Source: Oikopleura dioica (taxonomy: Eukaryota > Animalia > Chordata). Taken from it: a stretch of 64,000 bases of DNA. A program made the position numbers and the translations under genes. The notes under the pieces are model-generated. The model worked only from the letters and a program-made list of their open reading frames with translations. It made no database searches and had not been told where the DNA came from. Each line of letters begins with the position of its first letter. Position 1 is the first letter of the stretch. The stretch is taken from contig OU015566.1 of assembly GCA_907165135.1 (NCBI GenBank), positions 14,384,001 through 14,448,000 on the forward strand, read 5' to 3'. Below are positions 12,415 to 22,767 of the stretch, piece after piece.

Positions 12415-12590
12415 CCGCCAGAGGATGGTGCTATTGCGAGATTTCAGCCAATCAGAAAGCTATATTTTACAGTCGAAATCTATTGGACGTTCTTATTTGA
12501 CGAAAGCAATCAAAATTCCGACTCTTTTATTTTAATATAAAAAATGATTCTGATTGGTCGAAATATTTGAAATAGCGCCATATATCGACA
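12415..12590. mobile_element. Second MITE-like inverted pair of the AAGATGGCGC/CCAATC family
   Basis: gaggatggtgcta..ttcagccaatcagaa pairs with ttctgattggtcgaa..tagcgccatat. Confidence 0.6.
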
Positions 12591-13866
12591 AAATAATAGA
12601 AAAAAGGAAAATTATAAAATAATAATTTTTTAACATTTATGAGTCAGAAATCTCGCTCCTTTTTTCGCGAGTAATTGAGTCGCCAGGTACTTGGTCCGAC
12701 AAAAAAGAGGTTCACGGAGTCGGTAATTAGCGTCGTAATATTTTGGTTTTTGATCCCTTCGGCGAATAATTACTTCCGAGCGAATGCATAAGTTTGCGCT
12801 CGTGTAAGATTTCACAAGGGTTCATCCCGCGGGTCAGCCAAAACCGAAAAGCGCCGCGATTTTAGAACGCATCTTTTGAGGTGTTCAAGATGCGCTCACG
12901 GGTTAATCTTGCTCGTACTAAGGTTAATTGGGATCTATCTAGGTAAAAATGTAGAGCGATTAATATAAGATGATGCGGTATTGAGATTTATTTTTTACTC
13001 TCGATTCAGAAAGCCGATGAACTTTAAAACAATCGCCACCAAAAGCTGTCCTCAAAACGTCGATCTATTTGAACCGTTCCCTAATTCTGCGGCGGAAAAG
13101 CAGGTGTGCCCAGCGCCCAGAACTGGGACATATTCAAGTGCAGAGAGGACATTTAGCGGGGAGAAGAGAGAGCGAAAAAACGTGCCTTGTTTGATTTCGC
13201 GACGGGTTTTGATTTTGATACTGCCCAGATTGCGTCCGCTCCAGGTCGGCCGAACGCTTCATCTTTTGACAAGCCAAGTCTCGCTAAAGAAAATCCGTAA
13301 GATCGCCTTTCCGCGAAATCATGAGCAGAAAAAGGGCGGCAATAGCATTAGTTGAAAAAGTAATTGTTACATTTTTTGAAACACGGAAAATTGTTTTGAG
13401 AATAAATCTTATACAACTCGCGCCTTTTTTGATCGCTTAAATTGGCTGAAATTATGATTTATAATTGGAACATAAATATGGACATAACTCCGGACAAGTT
13501 TTCTTAAAGACCAATCAAAAGAAAATTACAGCGCTTCGTTGAACAGTGAGTGTAACAAGCATCAGAGACGACCTTGGGTCGACCTGTGCTCCGGAAATAG
13601 TGACGGCGCGTCAGCTCTGTTTTTCGTTGACTTCGACGTGTTGCTAAATCCGTGACCCCTTAGCTCACAATACTCAATACAAAATAACTAACAAACCAAG
13701 CTAACGAAAGCACACAATTGACGTAATCGAACCCGCGAAGCCACGTGGACGCGTTTAAAAAATTTGGGACCTCAGCTGGGATTCATAACTATCTCGCCAT
13801 GATTAATCCTAAAATAATAAATTTGCTCCCAGCTCAAAAATTGATGCTCTTTTTTCTGCGTCTCAA

Positions 13867-14041
13867 TTTGTCTCAAAAAAGTAGCCAACGAAAGCCGCGA
13901 AGCGGCTTTTGAAAACGAAGCCGCGTAGCGGCTTTGCCAAGAGATATTTATTCTAAATATTTATTTCTCGGCGAAGCCGCTATGTGGCTTCGTTTTCAAA
14001 AGCCGCTTCGCGGCTTTCGTTGGCTACTTTTTTGAGACAAA
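13867..14041. repeat. 175 bp near-perfect palindrome (fold-back element)
   Basis: tttgtctcaaaaaagtagccaacgaaagccgcgaagcggcttttgaaaacgaagcc... is mirrored by ...ggcttcgttttcaaaagccgcttcgcggctttcgttggctacttttttgagacaaa. Confidence 0.9.
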
Positions 14042-14821
14042 AAAAAATAAATTTTCTGTTTTTTTTTTATTAAAAAATTGCTGAGTCATGTTTTAAAATT
14101 TTAAAAGCAATTTAGTTGAACATTTCTTTTGAACCTTTTTGACACGAAAAACGCTTTTTGTGTTCATGAATACGTAGTTTTAAAAATGAGTTGTAAGAAC
14201 TTTTTTCCAATAAACGCTACTTTGTTCTATGCGCTTTTAGAAAACCCCCGCTGTTGGGAAAAAAACGAAGGCACTTGTGAAAGTCACAGGCGCTGTAGCG
14301 TTGCCTCACATTGATTTGAAAAACATGAATTCGGAAAGGATAAGTGAACGCTGGGCGCGTTTATTTTGGCACACTGAAATCAGTGAATTCAAGAGGATTA
14401 GGTGACGCCGTTTATCGCCTTTTGCCAACCGTTTTCGAATCGAAATTACGCGGTTTTTATGATGACACTTGCGTATTTTCGCCTGTTCAATTAGTTTAAA
14501 GCAATTACACATAATGACCCACGTTTGTTTGAGAATAAATGCCGACCAGTTTCCCCAACATCAATTTTTTTTTTATATTTTCGCCGAGAACTATCAACTT
14601 CATTCGATTTATATGAAACGTGCTGATCACATAACGACTTTCCAAGCTCCACGGTTCTCATCACTCAATCCCGACTCCAACCCCGTTATTTCACGCGGAA
14701 GATTTTGTTTACTAACCTTACGTGAAATTTTACACTTTCTCAGGGCAATGGTACTTGAGTCGAAAAGTTCAAAGGAAATTTAGACCATCAAACTTGCATT
14801 TTACTTTTTATGAAATCTGCA

Positions 14822-15050
14822 GAGCTTTCTTGCATGGGCGGCTACTCGGTTGCTGATTGGCCGGTTAGCCGAATCCAGGCTTCTGATTGGCTGAAAATTG
14901 GGGTGGCGTCTCGAACCGACAAAAAATTTCGAAAAATTTTGCGTGGGCGGCGACTCGGCTGCTGATTGATCGGTTTGCAGAATCCAGGCTTCTGATTGGT
15001 TGAAAATGTCCACGTAAAATTTTTCGAAATTTTTTGTCGGTTCCAGACAT
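14822..15050. repeat. ~2 tandem copies of a ~120 bp CCAAT-containing repeat
   Basis: gggcggc(t/g)actcgg(t/c)tgctgattg...gaatccaggcttctgattgg(c/t)tgaaaat occurs twice; related to 7880-7995 and 8755-8900. Confidence 0.8.
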
Positions 15051-16440
15051 TTCCCCTGATTTTCTCCTTCAAGAAAGCAATTTCCCTGTAAAACTGCGGT
15101 CCGAAGCAGGCGGCCGGGGGATGGATTGAATTGACCGGACCTTGGCCCTTTTGAATTATCAACTGGTGACTTTCTAAAGGCAGCGCTCCCCTGGTTCTTC
15201 AGTGGCTGAGTCGTTTCCCGTGCTCCAGGATCGGAAACTGGCACTTTGATGAAACGTCAGCGGCTCTTACTAAAAATAGAATTCACTTCCTTCCCTCTTT
15301 GTTCTCCTCCTCGCCAATTCGTAACACCGATAATCCTCTCAGACAAAATGGAACTAAAGAAGTACGATGATTGAGGGTCGCCCCCGACATCTTTAAAAGA
15401 GCCCGTTTCGTAAAATTTTCGCGAATTGAGCCGACTGGCGTGGAAGTTTGATGACTTTCGCTGCGGTCGATGTTCTGTTTACGGAGGCTACAAAGTGAAG
15501 ATCGTCATTATTGCGCGAAAAACCGCAGAAAATGATATCGAATACAAATTATAATAGTTTGCTTGTTCACTCTTGACTTTACTCCGAACAAAGCGACGTA
15601 GCCCAAAAGATGAACAAGGGAACACTTGCAGCAAATCAAGGATGAACAAGGGCAGCCCCTCTCTCATGATTCAAGAATCATGAAGAAAAGCTGATTTCAA
15701 ACTTGTAAAATTCTTCTTTTAGAAAGCAGGGTTCAGAATCGCCCCTCTTTTTGCTTATCAGAAATGGCCGTTATTCCGCGCTAGAAAACCGCTTGGAAAG
15801 CAAAACAGCGCAGCAGCTAATTAAAAGAGCATCCGTTGATTTATTGAACGAAGGGATCAAATGCTCCAGATAACGGATAAGCCCTGGAAAAGAAAAGTGT
15901 TTTTTCAAGCGTTCTCCGCGAGCTGCTTCGAAAAACATCTCGTGGAAATGGAAAAAATCCCAATTTGCGAAAAGAAAATCCAAGAAAATCGTTGTCGCGA
16001 ACGTTTTTTTTTTCTAAAATTTTTATTTGAAAAATTTCAGATTTTTCACTTTCTTTCGCGGTCGATTCGTTCATGAATTTCTAATGGCGTCAACAAAGAA
16101 AAATAGATTACGTGAGAGCAGAAATTAATTCAAATATCGCGGCTCGCATCAAAATGCGCAAGTATTCGAATAAGAAAATTGCTCCGTCATTCTTGGCGGA
16201 GCAGCAAAATCATTTAGATGCATCATTTTCTTGCTTTCCATTTCCTGCTTCTCGAAAACCGCAGGAAAAACATTTGCCACTCGCTGAAAATGAGAATTTT
16301 GGAGTTTTATCGACCCGCTGCGGCCGCTTTTTTTCATCACGTATAGAATTATTCGCGCTTTATCGAAAACCAAAGCCACTTGTCTTTTTTTCCTCAAATT
16401 TAATGAACTGGCTTGTCAAAACTCCGCATTGTGCTTAGAA

Positions 16441-16632
16441 ATATGTCTGGATGTCTCGAGATGTCCCTGAATGTCCATAAATATCTCCTTAAGTCCCCTC
16501 ATGTCGTTGAAATCTAAAAATGTCACTTGATGTTCATAAATGTCTCTTGATGTCCGAGATGTCGCTGGACATTGGACATTTGGGATGTACCTCAATGTCG
16601 AAAAATGCCGGTAAATGTCCATGAATGTCCAT
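16441..16632. repeat. Degenerate ~9-10 bp tandem repeat built on ATGTC
   Basis: atgtctgg, atgtctcg, atgtccct, atgtccat, atgtcgtt, atgtcact ... recur at roughly 10 bp spacing. Confidence 0.75.
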
Positions 16633-19600
16633 TTTAGTGAGAGCTCCAATCTTAACCGTCTCAGCAGTTTTTCAACCCATTTTTTCACTTTTTTCGACCA
16701 TCTGTGCCTCGATGATAATTGCATAATTCCAGTTCTGCGAAAGTGCTTTCGGATCTCTTAGAGCGCCCGGCCCACTGGTTTACTCTTTTATCTTTGGCTC
16801 CAGTTGCGCATATCGGCGCTCCCTTCACTGGCGCCTATCTCTGGCTTGAACCTTCCGCCAAAACTGCCCATTGTCGGCCTTATCCAAAGGCTGGAATCCA
16901 ACTGAGCCCAGAAAAAGCAGTCGAATTCGAGAACTCTTATCAACTTCGCCTGCAGTTTTATCTCCATCGCTTTCCGGATCTTCAAAGATCAGAAAAATCA
17001 ACGAGAAGCAGTTTTTACGCAACACAAAGATCGTTTGTCTCCGAAAATTGTGTTTGATTTTTCTAAAGCAGTTGTTGTCACTTTCTAAATTCTTTGTCAA
17101 AACGGCGAAAAAAGTGCAGATGGTGAACATCCTGAAGTGTGATGGAACGGCGTTCATTTGTCTCATCTTCGCTATGCTGTAACCTGTCAAGAAAAGAAAT
17201 TTCGAGGATTTTTCTCGCGGGCTCGAAACAAACAAGTACGTAAATAATTAAACGCAAGAATCATTCGCGAAATAGTTTTAAAATTGTGCCGAGAAAAGTG
17301 GCCGAAACTCACACGCAAAAATTGGTATAATGGCTTCTCTGACGCGGAGCTGCGTTTTTCTGAGACCCTTATTTGCGATAAGAAGAGATATTTTCTATTG
17401 CTGGTTGAATAAAATGAATGATTGTGGCATTGGTGGGGGAATAAGCGGCGGGATTGGAATGCACTTCCTGGGATATTTCAATTTGCTCTTGGAAGTTCTA
17501 TTTTCATCAAAATAGAACTTGTGGAATTCCACCCAGAAATTTGGATTGATTCGGCCAGCGAGCGCGGCGACAAGGAGCAACATGTGGAATCTAATGAACT
17601 CGCATTCCTCCAATATTCCTAAAACCTCGTTCATTCAACCCGACATCCATTTCATGCATTTTTCCAATTTTTTATTGGAACCACTTTTTTTTCTGACAAA
17701 TCAGCAAAAAGGAGGTTTTTCTTGGCGCTGAAGTTTTTAGATCAATTTCAAGCGTTTTTAGCTCGAAACATCTAAGTCCGATTTCATAACTTCTATTTAT
17801 TTCGCCTCAACTTGATTTCCCATCACGATTTTGTTATTTTTACAAAGTGACGGCGCCGGCTTTTCGGAGCTGGATTAATTTTTCAGATTTTTTTTCGCAT
17901 TTTGTTTTTGTTGGTTGCTCGATACTTCGAATGGCCTTTTTTGCTTGCACAATCTTATACAAACAAATGGCTTTTTATTTTATTGAATGGATTTGGGGAG
18001 AAAGCCGCGGAGGATAAATTGTTTGGCGAAGATGTTTATCGAGCTTGGATAATTTTCCGATCACGTTGGATTTTTTAATGCTTAGTTCCATCATTGATGG
18101 ACCATCAAGGATACCTTGATTTAGCCGGCGATATTTCAATTTTAGTTAGCAAAGAGACACCCTTATTCAAAAAATTTTTCAAATCTTAAGGGTATCAACC
18201 CGAAATAGCTGTTTGAAAAATGTATTACTACCTGACGGAGGGGTCCCTAAGTTAGCATAGTGACGCCCTTATTCGGCGAAGATTTCTGGGGCAATTATTG
18301 TTATCGAATCGGTGCACTAATGAAACTATAATTACCACCACGTTTTTCATAATTACAAAAACTCGCAAAGCAAAGTCAAAAATCGTTGCTTTGCTTCCAT
18401 ATAATTAGATTTCCACACTCAAATGAGCCTATTTTTTATTTTCCCGAAAATAGTGCTGATAAGCAAAGATAACTCTTTCTCTAATGAAGAATCGTATATT
18501 TTGCTCAAAACCGAGTGATAATGGCAGCGTTAAATGCATTTTCATGATTTATTATTTGATGTCCAAGCGCGCTCTGTTTTTTGGTAAACCCGGCGAAAAA
18601 ATTGAACGAATTCAATTATTGTCAATAGCCGCCCTTTTTTGTTGTGGAATGACAGAAATAACAAAGCAAGGTGACAACTTTTAATAGAGAAAAATGAGCT
18701 GATCTAATTGAATTTAATTCGTCTCTCTCTTGTTGCCACAGTATCAAGAATTACAGCGTTATCAGCAAAATATTATCAAGAAACATAGATTTTCATGATA
18801 CAAGCATCAATTACATACAGTAATTCATTTTGACATTACTTATTTTTTACAGGCAAAGTCACGTGAATTCGATTTCTACTGTTATCTGAGACAATTAATT
18901 AAGGGGGTAGGCGTCAATAATCGACCTTTTTCTTCATATATTTCTTCATCAAATAACATATTGGCACCCTTATTTTATTTCACAATAGAATGAAGTAAGG
19001 GTACCCCTTCAAACAGACGAGATAGACAGTACTTAGTACTTAGTAAATATTCGAATCTTCTTTTCTTTTAACATCGCCGTCTATGACCACGCGGGTGAGT
19101 CTAATCCAATGATAGCTGCATTTATCCGCCGAATGAACGGTACCTTGTGGAGAAGATTCAATCTTCAATAATTAAATTCTTGATCTCGACCATTTTATCG
19201 AAAATGTTACGAAAGGGAGAGGTATTTTATTTAAAGTCAGTGACAAGGGTTAGCGATAAGAGCAGCCGCAAATCGACCGTGGAGAGTTCCAAGTAAAACA
19301 TCAGAGTTTTTAAAAAAGTGAAAGACAGGTGCATCGGTCGGGAGAGACGTGTGTGGACCCGTATCGCTTCTAGAGGCGGTTGGAGATAACTTTACTCGAC
19401 GTAACAGTCCAATGAATAATCATTACGGTGGAAAATGAATAAGAACATAGGCAAAAGAGCTAATTATGACGGTACTTGATCTAACTTCTCGCATAAAATC
19501 GAGCCAATCAAAAAGCAGAATTTATTTTATCAGCCAATCAGAAACGCCTGCTTCGAAAAGCCGATTTCGTGACTTTGAATGACGCAAAAGTCCAACAACT

Positions 19601-20829
19601 AACAAGAAATCTAAGCAAAGCTGGCGAGAAACTTACAGCCCATCAGTCAAAATAAAACTCTAGCACACGTACTTCAAGTCATGTAATCGGCAGCTTCCTC
19701 CTTAACTCCACAAGTTTCCCATGATCCGAGCGTCCAGCCGGGAGCTAATGGTGGCTCGTTCATTTTTTTGTGAACCTCGCTGCATTAAAAATCTGTTCGA
19801 CCTAAACGACACTTTAGAAGCAAAAAGGCGGACTCTTGAATATTTGAAACATGATTACGTAATGGCAACAAGTGGGCACTTAATTCCTTTTTCTTCAAAT
19901 TCAAAACTTTTCAAGCAAGAAAAAAAAGTCAGCTTTAGAAAAACTCAGTTTTACAACTTTCAGTGCGACTTGTTTGTTTTGCAAGAACCCTGGAATTTTT
20001 TTCTTTAGAAGACGAGTTTTGAAATGGATTGAATTATGTCCCCTTTCAAAAAATTGACGATAAAGAAGAGCGCTTAGCGGGAGATGCTCTTACTCCAGGC
20101 TTCTAAAATTTTAAACAACGCTTCATTATCACTAGAAGAAGGTCTTATCAGCAAGTTTATTTCGCTCCAAATGGAAAGTCGTCTCTAAGTCAAATAATTT
20201 TCCGTCTTCTGAAAGTACTTTTTTGCTCATCAAGAAGCTCCCCGGCCACGTGTTTTCCAAAGATCTTGAGGCCTCTTTTCTGTATGATTAAGTTCCACTT
20301 CCTGGCTTCGAAAACGGCCTCAGCTGCTGGATAATGGCGATAATGGTCGGATTGTACACGAAAAAGACGACTTGTAGCGGCCTCATCAAAAAGCGATCCA
20401 CGTTGCATCTGGGTATTTTGTGTTGGTAACGATACCTTATGCAAGTTGCATTATCTCGGGGATGATGCTGGCCCGGGCCGGGCTCAGCTGAAGACGTGTC
20501 AGACGATTGCGCCTAGTCTCACCTTTCCAAAGCCGCCCAGCTCAACTTGCTCTGCTTTTTTTCACGGATTTTATTGTTATTGTTGAGATGGGTTTTGAAG
20601 ATTTCAACCAATGATTCGATGGTTATTTATAAAAAACTTATTCTTTCGAAAAAAAATCTATCAGTTTCGCATCATGAATCTTCAGTGAACGGGAAAATAA
20701 ACCTTACCCTTCCCGGATTCCAAAATATACGATAGCCGCCCGTTTGTTCCATTTCGAAATTATGGCCACAAAAAATTTTCGCCCACTGTAGATAGTATTT
20801 TGGCTAAATACTCTTATCCTCAGTTATCT

Positions 20830-21046
20830 AGGCAGTGTTCCTGCGCGGAGCGACGTGGAGCGGCCCCGCTATCGCGATTTCTCCCAGCCTCGGCTCGGCG
20901 GCGCCATCTTTATCGCGCGCGCTCATGCTCCTTGCGCGCGTTGCTCACGAGCGCCAGCGCGAGCGGATTTCTGAACGCGGCGGAGAAATGGAATCATTAT
21001 TTCAGTGTTGAACACGGATACTGAGAGGACAAGACGTAAATTCAGG
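20830..21046 (+). promoter_or_regulatory. CpG-rich putative promoter / non-coding first exon of LARP6
   Basis: Strongly GC/CpG-rich island with a YY1-like GCGCCATCTT (20901-20910), ending at a good donor ttcag|GTATTT (21046); 1.7 kb upstream of the LARP6 ATG. Inferred, with no transcript data. Confidence 0.4.
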
Positions 21047-22767
21047 TATTTTGATCGAACCCGACTTTTCGTACCGATTTTTCCCCGACAAAGAAGACCA
21101 GAGAGAGTATGCAGCTTTGAACCCGACCCTTCCCGAATCTCTAGAGACACCCTTAAATATTCAAAAAGAAAAGAAAAATAATGAATTATAAAATTTCATT
21201 TCTGAAATAATTTGAACCAAATCGAACCTTAAATCACCAAAAAAAAACCACCCACCCAAACCGTCTGATTTCGAACCTCTCTGGCTTCTCCGATAAACAA
21301 AAATCAACTCCAAAACAAAACCGAACCAGGAACCTTGTTTCTGAACCGAATCCTTGTCTCCTCCCTGATCCCGTGACAACGCTGAACCAGCCATTTAGGT
21401 AAAACCACACCTTTTTCCCAAACACAAAAACTCAAACTAACCCTTTCTTTTTTTCCTTATTTTTTTCTAACATTCGAGTAGATTGGTAATCAAAGGACCG
21501 GATAAACGATTATATTTTTCTCTCGATTTCAAATATTTCTATTCTTCTCTTAGACATCTTCATTCTCATTTTATTTTGATAATTTTGATCTTTATCATTT
21601 TTGATAAAATTAAGTTGTTTATCCTAAAAAGCAAAAGACCAAATATTCTGAAAGAAACAGTGGAAAACTTAAGCTCAGTTAAATATCAATTCTGATGATT
21701 ATATTTACCCTTCACTCAAATTCCTACCTCCGAAGCTCAAAACCTTCCTCCGAACCCAAACTCGCACATCCCGACCAGAGATGTAAATCACCACAGCCAC
21801 CCCACCACTGTAACCACCTAACCCGAACCTCCTTACCCGAACCCACGGATCTCAACTTCATGGTACCTTAGCTGAATCGACGCCCAACTTGAACCCCCGA
21901 AATTTTTTCGAAAAAACAGGCCCTAACTTTCCCCTTAAATTTTTTCTACCCTTTTCTCCCAATCCATCCGAACCTTCGCTTCCTCCATTTTCCCTCAAAT
22001 TTTTTTTTTCAAGGACCCTTTGTCGATCCTCACCTACCTTCCCGTATCCACCCTTTACCCCGCTTCAAGACTGAAGAAACTGTTTGCCCTTATTTAAAAT
22101 TTTATTTTACCCTTGACCTCGACCCTCACTTCGACCCCCTCCCAGAACATCAAGTCCCGAAACTCAACCTCAAATCACCTTCCTCTCATCTCCAAACTCC
22201 ACCCATTCACTTCACGCACCTTTTCCCTATCCCCTCACGTTTCCCCTCTCCATAACCCTCCCCTTAATTTCCACCAAGATTAACCCACCTTGACCCCTTC
22301 TTAACCCATTTAAACCTCCCCGAACCCAACCCCCTACCAATGACCCTGCCTTTAACCCATTATCACCACAACCTAACTGTCCCTGATAGTATGTTTTATA
22401 CAGTATCTCCCTTTCCCTTTGCACTTTCAATATAATCATCAAAAAAGCTTCATTCAAACTCTAGACATGAGTAATTTCTGTCTGAGCTCAATTTTCAACT
22501 GTAAAAAGCCACAACGCAGAACTTTGGAAATCCAAAAGATCGCAGAAATCGTCGCAAGACCTCAAATCTTCAAAACGAAAAATTATAACTGTATCCTTCC
22601 ACAAAAAATTTCAAACCCTTTTGATAGTCATTCTTAAACGATAGTATAGGCTTTTAGAGAATCGATTTCATCGTATAACTCAAGCTTTAAAACTAGAATT
22701 TGAAACAGAACAACCCTTTTCGCGTGTGCCGAAAAAAGCCTTTAGGGCTTAGTAAGAGAGAATAAAA

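Noticed and set aside
14801-15244. 147-aa ORF with internal repeats (also 7532-8027)
   Set aside because: Translation of the ~120 bp non-coding repeat family.
16719-17731. Cluster of 65-136 aa ORFs on both strands
   Set aside because: No recognisable domain, and I could not build a coherent spliced model.
19050-20450. Enzyme- or transposase-like fragments
   Set aside because: Multiple stops and no diagnostic motif; left uncalled.
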